DNA from: an uncultured Acidobacteriota bacterium
GTDB taxonomy: Bacteria > Acidobacteriota > Thermoanaerobaculia > Multivoradales > JAHEKO01
Assembly: GCA_963713825.1 (NCBI GenBank)
Contig: CAVQNG010000014.1
Coordinates: forward strand, 283,596 to 347,595
Direction of reading: 5' to 3'
DNA length: 64,000 bases
Shown piece after piece: positions 25,983 to 36,283 of the stretch. Under the pieces are notes generated by a model. It ran no database searches. It was not told where the DNA came from and saw only the letters and a program-made list of their open reading frames with translations. Numbering within the stretch: position 1 is the stretch's first letter; each line of letters begins with the position of its first letter. The translations under genes and the position numbers were made by a program.

Positions 25983-27524
25983 TCACTGGGATGGCGTCGC
26001 CGTTCGGATGAAGTCAGCCACGTCCTGTTTGAATTTGGCGTGATCCACTTCGCGTATGTACATCATGTGACCAGCCTCGTAGTAGGCGATGGAGATGTTG
26101 TCGCGCAGCCCTTCCGGAAGGCCGAGATGGGCAACGGAGAACGGCGTATCGAAATAGGGGGTCGCCAGATCGTAGTAGCCAGAAGTGAATAGGACGCGAA
26201 GTGCAGGGTTGCGTGTGATGGCCTGCCGCAGGTCCTCCGATACGTTGACGTATCGGTTGGTGTTCTCCCCCCAGGTCCAATCACGCCACAGGCGAGCTGA
26301 AGCTCGAAATACCAAGTCGGTTTCGTATCCGAGCTCGCGACGCAAATAGTCGTTGAGCAGGGTGACATAGCCGACCCCGACGGCTTCGCTGGCTGGGTCG
26401 TACTCGTTGCGCTCGCCGGCAGAATCACGATCGAACCCGGTGAAACGGGTGTCGAGACGTCCGACGGTCCTACCGTCGGCGCGCAGGAGCTCTTTGACGA
26501 AACGCCAGTTGGCGATCCTCAGGTTGGTGCTCTTGACGTAGTTCCGAGAAAGGCCGGTGTAGGTAGCAAGACGCTCCTCAATCGAGTCTCTCTCTGCCGC
26601 GGAGAGCCAGTCGCCCTGGATCAGGGCGGCGGCGTAGTCGCCGACTGCGAAGGCCTCGACCTCGTCGAGGAACGAGCGCAGGTCCCGGGATTGGTCGTTC
26701 TCGAGGCGTTGGTGGAACCAGGCGGTCGCTGCGTACGTTGGAAGGTGGGTGATGTAGGCAGTGTCATTGCCCGGATGAATCTCCTGGTTCTGCCAGTTGA
26801 GAATCGTCGAGATCATCACCAGACCATTGAGATACATGCCGTGCCGTTGCTGCAGATGGAGGGCGAGCCCAGCACTACGGGTCGTGCCATAGCTCTCCCC
26901 GGCGATGAACTTCGGCGATGCCCATCGTTCGTTGCGCGTCGTCCAGAGGCGAATGAACTCTCCCACCGACTCGATATCCCCTCGCAGGCTGTAAAACTGC
27001 TTGGGATCGGCGCCAGGGGCGGGACGACTGTAGCCAGTGCCTACCGGATCGATGAATACCAGATCGCTGACGTCGAGTATGGAGTGGGGGTTGGTAACGA
27101 GGCGGCCTGGAGGAGGCATGGGCATCCCCTCGGGGTCGGCGAGGACCTTCTTGGGACCGAAAGCTCCCAGGTGGACCCAGACGGCCGCCGAGCCGGGACC
27201 CCCGTTGAAGCTGAAGGTCACCGGTCTGCCGGCGGGGTCAGTAACGCCCTCGCGCTCATACGCGACGTAGAAGACAGAGGCCTGAGGTTCTCCCTCCTCG
27301 TTGGTCAGAACCAGAGTACCGGCAGTAGCCTTGTAGTCGATCCGGTTACCATCCAGGACGATCGATTGATGGGTGATCGAGCTGGTCTCCTCTAAGTCCG
27401 CAGAGAGCTTCTTGGCCTCCTCAACTGACGTCTCGTCAGACTCCGCGGATACGAGTGGGCATACGAACAGAAAAACGAGCAACCACGTGGCACTGAGCAG
27501 GGACATCATGCCTTCTCTTCGCAT
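25983..27524 (-). CDS. Peptidase S10 (serine carboxypeptidase), exported
   Basis: FNGGPGS, FIDPVGTGYS, GESYG, GYYDLATP, GHMMY. Confidence 0.93.
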   Translation of the reverse strand: MRREGMMSLLSATWLLVFLFVCPLVSAESDETSVEEAKKLSADLEETSSITHQSIVLDGNRIDYKATAGTLVLTNEEGEPQASVFYVAYEREGVTDPAGRPVTFSFNGGPGSAAVWVHLGAFGPKKVLADPEGMPMPPPGRLVTNPHSILDVSDLVFIDPVGTGYSRPAPGADPKQFYSLRGDIESVGEFIRLWTTRNERWASPKFIAGESYGTTRSAGLALHLQQRHGMYLNGLVMISTILNWQNQEIHPGNDTAYITHLPTYAATAWFHQRLENDQSRDLRSFLDEVEAFAVGDYAAALIQGDWLSAAERDSIEERLATYTGLSRNYVKSTNLRIANWRFVKELLRADGRTVGRLDTRFTGFDRDSAGERNEYDPASEAVGVGYVTLLNDYLRRELGYETDLVFRASARLWRDWTWGENTNRYVNVSEDLRQAITRNPALRVLFTSGYYDLATPYFDTPFSVAHLGLPEGLRDNISIAYYEAGHMMYIREVDHAKFKQDVADFIRTATPSQ

Positions 27525-27720
27525 CGGGACCTCCTGGTTCAGGGGCCTGAATCGGTGGACTCGGGCTCGGCCGGAATGGTAACAGCAGTGCCAGTGCTTC
27601 GACCCGGCGACCTCGGATCAGAGATCCTTAGCAGGCTTGTTGGCGATAGACTGGCAGCGTAACAAGGAGCCGGATCGGCGATATAGGACCTCGAGTTTGC
27701 GAGGCACGAAAGGAACCATC

Positions 27721-29445
27721 ATGACCTGGACGCGTCTGCCGTTGATCATCGTCGCACTTTCGTCTCTGGTTGCATGTCGTGGAGACTCTCCGCATGGGGA
27801 GTCTGCGGACCTCGTGTTGCGTGGAGGCCGCGTCGTCACTGTTGATGGGCAAGGGACCGAAGCGACTGGAGTAGCGATCCGAGAAGGACGCATCGAAATG
27901 GTCGGTGATGACGAAGGTGTTTCCCAGCATATCGGTCCCGAGACTCGCGTCATCGAGCTCGACGGACGCCTTGCCATTCCCGGCTTCATCGAGGGCCACG
28001 GCCATTTTCTGAGTCTGGGCGATTCGAAAATGATCCTCGACTTGACCGTCGCCAGGAGTTGGGAAGAGATCGTCGCCATGGTCGCGAGCGCGGCGGCGGA
28101 GGCCGAGCCGGGCGCCTGGATTCGAGGCCGTGGCTGGCACCAGGAGAAATGGGACGGGGAGCCGGTACCGAGCGTCGAGGGGGCGCCGGTGCATACTTCG
28201 TTGAGTGGGGTCAGTCCTGAGAATCCGGTCATTCTGGGGCATGCCAGCGGTCACGCGGCGTTCGCGAACGCGAAGGCCATGGAGTTGGCTGGATTGAGTC
28301 GGGACTCCGTCAATCCACCCGGCGGCGAATTGGTGCGAGATTCTGACGGCAACCTGACCGGTCTGCTGCGCGAGACGGCTCAAAGAGCGGTCTCCGAGGC
28401 TCTTTCCGCTTCGAAGTCCGGGCGCTCTCCTGAAGAGGTGGAAGCGACTCGTCGTCGGATGGTGGAGCTGGCCGGGGAGGAAGCTCTTTCGAAGGGCGTC
28501 ACGAGCTTCCACGACGCTGGCGTCTCTTTCGAAACGATCGATTTCTACCAGCAGCTCGAACAGGAGGGAGTACTTCCTGTCCGTCTCTATGCCATGGTTC
28601 GGTACCAGAGCAACGAGGAGATGGCGGCCCGATTGCCGGAGTACCGCATGACGGCGGAAGGCAACGATTTCTTGACGGTGCGGTCGATCAAGCGCCAGAT
28701 CGATGGCGCTTTGGGATCACATGGTGCCTGGCTTCTGGAGCCCTATGAAGATCTTCCGGAGAGCGTTGGCCTCGTCCTCGAACCCGAGGAGGAGATTGCG
28801 GGAACGGCTCGAGTCGCGATGAAACACGGCTTCCAGGTCAATACTCATGCAATTGGCGACCGCGCCAATCGACGCGTTCTGGATATCTATGAGGAGGTCT
28901 TCGAGGCGAACGGAATGCCCGCCGACCTACGATGGCGTATCGAACACGCCCAACACTTGCACCCGGACGATATCGGACGATTCGCGGAACTGGGCATCAT
29001 CGCAGCGATTCAGGGCGTGCACTGCACCTCCGACGGTCCCTGGGTTCTAAAACGGCTCGGATCGGCAAGGGCGGAGGAGGGCGCCTACGTCTGGCGCAAA
29101 CTGATCGAGAGCGGCGCCATTCTCGGCAATGGCACCGACGTCCCCGTCGAGGCCATCGATCCCATCGCCAGCTACTATTCCTCGGTGTCTCGGGTCATGA
29201 GGGATGGCGGCGTCTTCTATCCCGAGCAGAAGATGACTCGCGAGGAAGCGCTCCGCTCCTACACCATGAACAACGCCTATGCCGCTTTCGAGGAGGATCT
29301 CAAGGGCTCCCTCGAGGTGGGCAAGCTGGCCGACATCACGGTGCTGTCTCAGGATATCCTGTCCGTTCCGGAGGTCGAGATCCCGCAGACCCAGGTCGAT
29401 TTTACCATCGTCGGCGGAGAAGTCCGTTTCGAGCGGTCGTATTGA
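27721..29445 (+). CDS. Amidohydrolase (Amidohydro_3 / YtcJ-like) lipoprotein
   Basis: Lipobox LVAC, PGFIEGHGH, DGALGS, HAIGD, RIEHAQ, GTDVP, GKLAD. Confidence 0.92.
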   Translation: MTWTRLPLIIVALSSLVACRGDSPHGESADLVLRGGRVVTVDGQGTEATGVAIREGRIEMVGDDEGVSQHIGPETRVIELDGRLAIPGFIEGHGHFLSLGDSKMILDLTVARSWEEIVAMVASAAAEAEPGAWIRGRGWHQEKWDGEPVPSVEGAPVHTSLSGVSPENPVILGHASGHAAFANAKAMELAGLSRDSVNPPGGELVRDSDGNLTGLLRETAQRAVSEALSASKSGRSPEEVEATRRRMVELAGEEALSKGVTSFHDAGVSFETIDFYQQLEQEGVLPVRLYAMVRYQSNEEMAARLPEYRMTAEGNDFLTVRSIKRQIDGALGSHGAWLLEPYEDLPESVGLVLEPEEEIAGTARVAMKHGFQVNTHAIGDRANRRVLDIYEEVFEANGMPADLRWRIEHAQHLHPDDIGRFAELGIIAAIQGVHCTSDGPWVLKRLGSARAEEGAYVWRKLIESGAILGNGTDVPVEAIDPIASYYSSVSRVMRDGGVFYPEQKMTREEALRSYTMNNAYAAFEEDLKGSLEVGKLADITVLSQDILSVPEVEIPQTQVDFTIVGGEVRFERSY

Positions 29446-29673
29446 CTTGCCGGGGAAAGCCCGAGCCATTACTACCCCAATAGGTGGGACGCCTGCGGTC
29501 AATCGGAGTGGGGCAATTCAGGGCCCGGCACCATTAGTATCTCCAGGTAGCTGCGGATTCTGACCCGGCCAAGCCACAGCAGAAGCGCCCCGCAATGCCA
29601 ACCCCCGCATCGAGCGACAGCCTCTGACCCGAACCCTTCCGCCCAGCAGGCTTTCCCGAACCCGGAGCATCCC

Positions 29674-31896
29674 TTGACGCGTAAGACGCAGAGATCGACC
29701 TCTCGTCTTGCGGCCGCGTTGGCGATTCTTGTGATCGTTACGGCGGGTGACCTGACTGCCCAATGGATCGAGCCAGATGAGCGACCGACGCTGGTACCGG
29801 TCTTTAGCGACATGGCACCGACTCTCGATGGCGATGTTCTGGGAGACCCGGCCTGGGAGGGGGCAGAGCCGGCGGTGGACTTCTGGCAGACCAGGCCTGA
29901 TGAGGGAAGGGCCGCGACCGAGAAGACCGAGGTCTACGTCGTCTTCACCGAGGACACCCTGTTTTTCGGGGTGGTTTGCTACGATCGTGCTCCCAAAGAC
30001 ATCATCGTAGCCAGTAGCCGGCGTGATTCCTCACTGGAGGAAACCGATAGCTTCCAGATGATCCTGGATACTTATCGCGATGAGAAGACCGGCTTCGTGT
30101 TCGGCACGAACCCGGTAGGTATTCAGTACGACGGCCAGGTTGCGCAGGAAGGCGAGGGCGGCGGCTTCAGCACGGCGGGAGGGTTCAACATCAACTGGGA
30201 CGGCGATTGGGACGTCGAAGCGACGATCTCTGAGATCGGTTGGAGTGCGGAGTTCGCAATCCCGTTCAGGACTCTGCGGTATCCGCGCAATCCAGACCAG
30301 GACTGGGGTGTCAATTTCCAACGCAATATCCGGCGCCGGAATGAGCAGGCCTACTGGTCACCTCTGCCGCGGCAATACAACATCTATCGGCTCTCCATGG
30401 CTGGTGGCCTGGAGAGCTTCGCCGTACCGAGCCAGAACAACCTCAAGATCCTGCCCTACGTTTTGGGAACCGGAACGCGCGAGGGTGTCGAAGATGCGCC
30501 GACTGAAAACGATGGCAATGTCGGCCTGGACGTGAAGTACAGCCTGACTCCTAGCCTGACTCTCGATGGAACCGTCAACACGGACTTCGCCCAGGTCGAG
30601 GTCGATGAGCTACAGATCAATCTAGATCGCTTCAATCTGTTCTTTCCCGAAAAGAGGCCCTTTTTTCTGGAGAATGCTGGCTACTTCACCGTTGGTGTAC
30701 CCCAGGAGGTCGAGCTTTTCTACAGTCGTCGAATTGGACTTGGTCCGGATGGCGAGATCGTGCCGATCGACTGGGGCGTGCGCATGTCAGGCAAGGCGCG
30801 GGACCGCTACAACATCGGTTTGCTTTACATGCAGACCGATGAAGTGACGGAGGTGACGCCCCAGAACCAGTTCGGTGTCGTCCGTCTCAACCGGGATCTG
30901 CCCAACCGCTCTGGCATTGGCGGCACTCTTATCAATCGACGAGGCAGTGGGACTCAGGCGGCAGATGAGGACTACAACTGGACCTATGGCCTGGATGGTC
31001 GGTGGGGACTTGGCCAGAACGGCCTGATCGACGGCTACGTTGCCCAGACGAATACGCCCGGACTGGAGGGTGACGACTATTCCTTTCGCTTGGGCGGCTC
31101 CTACGATTCAGAGAAGTGGTCTCTGTCGGCCGGTTATACCGAAGTTGCCGACAACTTCAATCCCGAAGTGGGGTACTTGACCCGAACCGGCTATCGCAAG
31201 CCCGACGGCTTCCTGATGCGGACCATTCGACCCGAGGACCTGTGGGGGTTACTCGAGCTCAGGCCTCACGTCTCCTACCGGGGCTATTGGAACTACGACG
31301 GCTTTCAGGAGACCGGGTTTCTCCACATCGACAATCATTGGGAGTGGCGCAACGGCTACGAGGTTCACACCGGGATCAATTTCACTCGCGAAGGACTGGT
31401 CGAGCCTTTCGAGATCGCGGTGGATGTGACCGTGCCGCCCGGAACCTACGACAACACAGAGGCGCAGATTGTCTTTTACACGAATCAGGGAGCGCCGGTG
31501 GCCTTCACGGCTCGAGTCGTGGCTGGAGGCTTCTTCAACGGAGACCGCTTGGCGCTCTCGCCGACGTTGCGATTCCGCATCGGTGACACCTTCAATACCG
31601 AGATTGGTTGGCAGTACAACGACATCGACCTCGAGACGGGTGCCTTCGAGACCAATCTCGGCCTGCTGCGCGTCTCCTATTCCTTTACCCAGAAGATCTT
31701 CGTTCAGGGATTGCTGCAGTACAACGATCGAGCCGACATCTGGGCCACGAACCTCCGTTTCGGCTGGCTTACCAGGGCCAGCGCCGGCCTCTACCTGGTC
31801 TACAACGAGGTGCGAGACATCGAAGGCGCTGGGACTGGAATTCCAGGTCGCAGCCTTACCCTCAAGTACTCTCACCTTTTCGACGTTCTACATTGA
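29674..31896 (+). CDS. CBM9-like + DUF5916 outer-membrane protein
   Basis: APTLDG..W, WSAEFAIPFRTLRY, NTDFAQVEVD, FFPEKRPFFLE, LFYSRRIG, beta-barrel-like C-terminus. Confidence 0.85.
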   Translation: MTRKTQRSTSRLAAALAILVIVTAGDLTAQWIEPDERPTLVPVFSDMAPTLDGDVLGDPAWEGAEPAVDFWQTRPDEGRAATEKTEVYVVFTEDTLFFGVVCYDRAPKDIIVASSRRDSSLEETDSFQMILDTYRDEKTGFVFGTNPVGIQYDGQVAQEGEGGGFSTAGGFNINWDGDWDVEATISEIGWSAEFAIPFRTLRYPRNPDQDWGVNFQRNIRRRNEQAYWSPLPRQYNIYRLSMAGGLESFAVPSQNNLKILPYVLGTGTREGVEDAPTENDGNVGLDVKYSLTPSLTLDGTVNTDFAQVEVDELQINLDRFNLFFPEKRPFFLENAGYFTVGVPQEVELFYSRRIGLGPDGEIVPIDWGVRMSGKARDRYNIGLLYMQTDEVTEVTPQNQFGVVRLNRDLPNRSGIGGTLINRRGSGTQAADEDYNWTYGLDGRWGLGQNGLIDGYVAQTNTPGLEGDDYSFRLGGSYDSEKWSLSAGYTEVADNFNPEVGYLTRTGYRKPDGFLMRTIRPEDLWGLLELRPHVSYRGYWNYDGFQETGFLHIDNHWEWRNGYEVHTGINFTREGLVEPFEIAVDVTVPPGTYDNTEAQIVFYTNQGAPVAFTARVVAGGFFNGDRLALSPTLRFRIGDTFNTEIGWQYNDIDLETGAFETNLGLLRVSYSFTQKIFVQGLLQYNDRADIWATNLRFGWLTRASAGLYLVYNEVRDIEGAGTGIPGRSLTLKYSHLFDVLH

Positions 31897-31919
31897 GACC
31901 GCTGGTCGAGGATCGAATC

Positions 31920-32969
31920 ATGGGATGGTCGAACCGAATGCTCAGGGCGCTCTTGATGGGTTTTCTGCTGTCCTCCTGGCCGACCGCGGTCGGGGCACAG
32001 AGCGCAACCATGCGGGTAGTCGCCGGTACTGGAGAGGCCGGTTTCGAGGATGGCTCGCCCGGTAAGTTCAACAAGCCGATCCGACTTGCTCCCTACGGTG
32101 AGGGGGCGGTCCTGGTGGCGGATATCTTCAATCACGCCATTCGTGTCGTCACCGTGGATGGAACCGTGCGGACTATCGCTGGCGCTGCAGATCGAAAGGG
32201 CTTTGAAAACGGCCCAAGTAGTTCAGCTCGATTTGCCTCGCCGCATGGCGTGGCGATCTCCAGAGAAGGCTTGATCGCGGTGGCAGAAGCCGAGAATCAC
32301 ACGGTGCGCCTGCTGCGGCCGGTCTACGGAGCGGACGAAACGACTCCCGAAAGCTACGACGTTTCCACGCTGGCGGGCGTGCCTGGGAATGGCGGGATGG
32401 AGGATGGTCCTGCAGCCGAGGCCCTGTTCCAGTCGCCACACGCCGTGGCCTGGACTCCCGCGGGTGACCTCCTCATCGCCGATATCGGAAACGCCAGGAT
32501 ACGACGCCTGCGATCCGGCGTGGTGCAGACGGCCGCAGGTAGTGGGGAAGTGGGCGGTCAGGACGGGCAGGGCAAGGCGGCCTCTTTTCACTACCCCATG
32601 GACATCGCGTTGGACGAGGAAGAGACTCTCTGGATAGCCGACGCTGGCTCCCACTCGGTGCGATCTCTCGACCCCGAGGGTGTTGTTGCCACTCTCCGGC
32701 TTTCGAGCGCGATCGACACCCCCCACGGGATCGCCACTGGACCTGACGGCACCCTGTACCTGGCCGAGATGGGGACCCACAGAGTCCTCGCGGTCAGCCG
32801 TGAAGGAGACGTGACAACCCTGTGCGGAACTGGGGAAGCCGGCTCGGGACCCGACCAACTGAATCGCCCTGCGGCGGTTCTGGTGCATGACGGCAGCGTC
32901 TGGGTGGCTGATCTCGACAACCATCGCATCGTGATCTGCGAGATGCCAGCCAGTTCTTCGGGGTCGTAG
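31920..32969 (+). CDS. Secreted NHL-repeat (beta-propeller) protein
   Basis: Signal peptide and repeated F..PHGVA / ADxxNHxIR units; start set at ATG 31920. Confidence 0.88.
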   Translation: MGWSNRMLRALLMGFLLSSWPTAVGAQSATMRVVAGTGEAGFEDGSPGKFNKPIRLAPYGEGAVLVADIFNHAIRVVTVDGTVRTIAGAADRKGFENGPSSSARFASPHGVAISREGLIAVAEAENHTVRLLRPVYGADETTPESYDVSTLAGVPGNGGMEDGPAAEALFQSPHAVAWTPAGDLLIADIGNARIRRLRSGVVQTAAGSGEVGGQDGQGKAASFHYPMDIALDEEETLWIADAGSHSVRSLDPEGVVATLRLSSAIDTPHGIATGPDGTLYLAEMGTHRVLAVSREGDVTTLCGTGEAGSGPDQLNRPAAVLVHDGSVWVADLDNHRIVICEMPASSSGS

Positions 32970-33011
32970 GTAGCGATTAGAAATGGTGAGAGGCTGTGAT
33001 CGGGGTTCTGG

Positions 33012-34781
33012 CTAGCGCAGAGCTCTGGCCCGCTCCTCGATCTTCTCGGCTTCCTCCGTCCGTCCAGTTTCCTCCAGCAGAGCGGCAAAACTCCACAAAA
33101 GAGAGATCAGATCGGGGTGGGAGCCGACATCGACGCTCTCGAAGACCTCGAGGGAGCGTCGATAAAGCAGCTCCGACTCGTCGTAGCGCTGCAGCTTTTG
33201 ATACAACATTCCGAGGCTCTTCAGCGTCCAGGCGAGGTTCAGCGGATCACTACCCTGCGCAGCATCGAGTACCTCGAGAGCGCTGCGATAGAGTGTCTCC
33301 GCCTCTGGGTACCGATTTTGGCGATGGTACAACCAGGCCAGATTGCCGTAGCTCTTGGCGAGATCGGGATGGCTGGGCTCGAGTAGGCCCTGCCGCAGTT
33401 CCAAGGCCTGGCGGTACTGCCGTTCGGCTTCGAGGATCGATCCGAGTTGATCGCTGATCAAGGCTAGGTTGGAAATGTCGGATGCGACCTCAACACTGCT
33501 ATGTCCGAAGGAAGTCTGGTCGATCTCCAGGACCCGCTGGTATAGCTGTCTCGCCTCGAGCAGCCTGCCGGTCTCGAAGTACACGAGGGCCAAATTGTTC
33601 AAAGTGCTGGCCAGCGCCTCACTGCCTTCGCCATGCGCCTCTTCCTCGATTGCCAGGGCTCGTCGAAGCAGAGGTTCGGCTGCAGAGAGATCGCCGAGCG
33701 CGGCCTGAATCGCGGCGAGGTTTGTAAGCAGTGCCACGAGCGAGGAGTGATCGGGCGAGGTAGCAGCCTCCTCGATGTCGATTGCTCGTTCGTTGAGATC
33801 GCGAGCTGCATCGTACAGACCTTGCTCGAAATACAGGACGGCGAGATTGCTGAGAATGGGCGATAGGCGGGGATGGCCGCTTCCGAACTGGCGCTCTGTC
33901 CCTTCGAGGACTTGCCGTATAGCCGACTCGGCCTCGGTGAAGCTACCTGCTTTATGAAGCGCTCTTCCGAGGATAGTCAGGAGGTCGAGGTCGTCGGGCC
34001 GAAGGTGGTGAGACTTCGACAATAGGAAGGCGGCACGTCCCGGCTCGCCTTGTTGAAGAAAGGCGATAGCAAGAAATGTTGCAGACTCGATAGCGGCACG
34101 AGGATCAGGGTCGGTCGCAGCCTCGACATGCTTCCAAGCCGCCAGGAGTCGATCCCCGGCTTCCTGCAGATTACCGCTCCACAGGGAACCGATACCGGCT
34201 TCGAGCTCGGAGTCCGCTGATAGCGCCAGGGAGCCCAGAGAGTTGGTAAGCAGATCCGAGGGTATCCCGAGGCGCGAAGACAGATCCTCGAGCGCTTTGT
34301 GACGTCCATTGTCCTCGCCTCTCACAGACCGGCCGTGGAGAGCCTCTTGCATGATGATTTGCGCGGCGACCGCCCTGCTGATTCGAGAGTCGATGAGATT
34401 GTTGTCGACAGGGAGGCGTGCAACGACAAGGGGCGTGGGCGGTCCTGAGCGCCCTGAGCGGTCACCGATCCGAACCCAGCCATCCCACGGTTCGATCAGC
34501 AACACTTCGGGGCCTGGAGGCTCGGAGGTAGTGGAGTGGATCTTCAGCCAGCCGGAGGCTCTGGTCTCGCTATCGAGAACGAGTGCAGTCAGACCCCTTG
34601 AGTCAGTCGGTGGGTCGCTCTTCTGACCTGACCCATCTCGGAAGACCAGGCCCGGTACCGGCCTCCCGTGGAGGTCGAGAGCTTGGAGAGGCAGTTGGTC
34701 TGTTGACCCGAGGGCAGGGTGCGCAGTGGCCATGAAAATGGCGCCGATCAGACCGCTGAGTATTGGTCGTAGCCTGCCCAC
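33012..34781 (-). CDS. Exported tetratricopeptide-repeat protein (kinesin-light-chain-like TPRs)
   Basis: Repeats LSNLAVLY..QG.Y..A..L.ERA.. and G..HP; GTG 34781 follows GGAG and opens a signal-peptide-like segment; the start is uncertain. Confidence 0.8.
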   Translation of the reverse strand: MGRLRPILSGLIGAIFMATAHPALGSTDQLPLQALDLHGRPVPGLVFRDGSGQKSDPPTDSRGLTALVLDSETRASGWLKIHSTTSEPPGPEVLLIEPWDGWVRIGDRSGRSGPPTPLVVARLPVDNNLIDSRISRAVAAQIIMQEALHGRSVRGEDNGRHKALEDLSSRLGIPSDLLTNSLGSLALSADSELEAGIGSLWSGNLQEAGDRLLAAWKHVEAATDPDPRAAIESATFLAIAFLQQGEPGRAAFLLSKSHHLRPDDLDLLTILGRALHKAGSFTEAESAIRQVLEGTERQFGSGHPRLSPILSNLAVLYFEQGLYDAARDLNERAIDIEEAATSPDHSSLVALLTNLAAIQAALGDLSAAEPLLRRALAIEEEAHGEGSEALASTLNNLALVYFETGRLLEARQLYQRVLEIDQTSFGHSSVEVASDISNLALISDQLGSILEAERQYRQALELRQGLLEPSHPDLAKSYGNLAWLYHRQNRYPEAETLYRSALEVLDAAQGSDPLNLAWTLKSLGMLYQKLQRYDESELLYRRSLEVFESVDVGSHPDLISLLWSFAALLEETGRTEEAEKIEERARALR

Positions 34782-34869
34782 GAAACGATCTCCGATCAGG
34801 ACGAAGTCAATGGGGCCGGGAAGATGTAGATTCGAAGCCAAGCTATGACAGTCTCGCCTCCGCCGACAA

Positions 34870-34883
34870 TACCCCCGGGGGTA
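34870..34883. promoter_or_regulatory. Perfect 14-bp palindrome resembling a CsoR/RcnR-family operator
   Basis: TACCCCCGGGGGTA lies between two divergent genes. Confidence 0.5.
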
Positions 34884-34997
34884 GTGAATTCCTGCCTCGA
34901 TGGGTGGTCGGACACAGCGCTGTTCAGCGTAGTTCCGACAGTACTGTTTCGCTTCAGCCAACGACACTCGTATACTCGGACCTGGACTGAGAGCGAC

Positions 34998-36098
34998 ATG
35001 CCCGACCCCGAGCGCAGGACCGACATCCGAGGGTTGCTGATCACACTCGCAGCCGGCGTCGTTTTGATCTATGGGCTGAAGGCTGCCCAGACCATCGTCG
35101 TCCCGTTCCTGCTCAGCGTGTTCCTGACCGTCGTGGGAGTACCGCCTCTCACCTGGTTACGGCGCAAGGGAGTACCGAACTCCCTTGGCGTCGCCCTCGT
35201 TGTCATCGGCATGGTTCTGGTGGTCGTCCTGATGGTCAGCCTCATCGGCACCTCGGTGGCTGATTTCACGGGCCGGATTCCTTACTACCAGGAGCGTTTG
35301 GACCAGCAGATTGCGACCCTTCTCGATCGCCTCGGGTTGGGCGACCGAATCGGTTCGACTCGGGAGCTTCTCGCGACAGTCGATCCGGGTGCCGCCATCG
35401 ACATGGTGGGCGGTCTATTGAACAGTGTCAGCGGTATCTTCAACTACACCTTCTTGATTCTGTTTTCGGTCGTCTTCATGCTGGCGGAGGTGGCGAGCAT
35501 TCCGAACAAGCTCGAAGCGGCCTTTTCGAGCTCTGAAGAGACTCTCAGGGCTTTCAACCGGTTCAACAAGAGCCTCAACCGCTATATCGGATTGAAGACC
35601 GCAATTGGCCTGGTCACCGGTATTGCTGTGACGATCTGGGTGATGATCTTGGGGCTCGACTTTCCACTTCTCTGGGGACTGGTGGCATTCCTCTTCAACT
35701 TCGTACCGAACATCGGCTCGATCATCGCGGCGATCCCAGCCGTCCTGCTGGCGATGGTGCAGTGGGGCTTTGGCAGGGCGATCGTGGTGGCCGTTGGCTA
35801 TTTGGTCATCAACCTCGTGATTGGCAACCTCATCGAGCCAAGAGTGCTGGGCAGGGGACTGGGTCTGTCGACCGTCGTGGTCTTCCTGTCTCTCGTCTTT
35901 TGGGGTTGGGTCCTGGGTCCCATGGGAATGTTGCTCTCGGTACCGCTCACCATGACTCTGGTGATGGCCCTCGAGAGCCACGAGAAGACGCGCCGATTCG
36001 CGATTCTCTTGGGAATCGAGCGCCGTGAGACCGCATCTGAGGACGGTGCTGAAGGCGCTCCCGGAGAGAACAGACCTCACGCTGCCACAGATTCCTGA
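34998..36098 (+). CDS. AI-2E family transporter
   Basis: Multi-TM; YIGLKT, FNFVPNIGS, GNLIEPR, FWGWVLGPMGMLLSVPLT. Confidence 0.92.
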   Translation: MPDPERRTDIRGLLITLAAGVVLIYGLKAAQTIVVPFLLSVFLTVVGVPPLTWLRRKGVPNSLGVALVVIGMVLVVVLMVSLIGTSVADFTGRIPYYQERLDQQIATLLDRLGLGDRIGSTRELLATVDPGAAIDMVGGLLNSVSGIFNYTFLILFSVVFMLAEVASIPNKLEAAFSSSEETLRAFNRFNKSLNRYIGLKTAIGLVTGIAVTIWVMILGLDFPLLWGLVAFLFNFVPNIGSIIAAIPAVLLAMVQWGFGRAIVVAVGYLVINLVIGNLIEPRVLGRGLGLSTVVVFLSLVFWGWVLGPMGMLLSVPLTMTLVMALESHEKTRRFAILLGIERRETASEDGAEGAPGENRPHAATDS

Positions 36099-36283
36099 GT
36101 CGAATCTCATCTGCTCGGCACGGCCAGGTCCGAAGCGCCTCCTGCTCGGGTCGCGACCCATCGATAGTTGTGCATAACCGGATTTCCGATAAGTCGTCAG
36201 AAATCGGCCCCCTCCGGTAACTCTCTTAGTAGATAGGGGAGTTTTACTGCCCATGCTCAAGAGACATCGGTACCAAGGGGAAG

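Noticed and set aside
36165-36194. Sigma28-like promoter (TCCGATAA) upstream of the GGDEF-EAL gene
   Set aside because: The -35 match is poor and the spacing is off.
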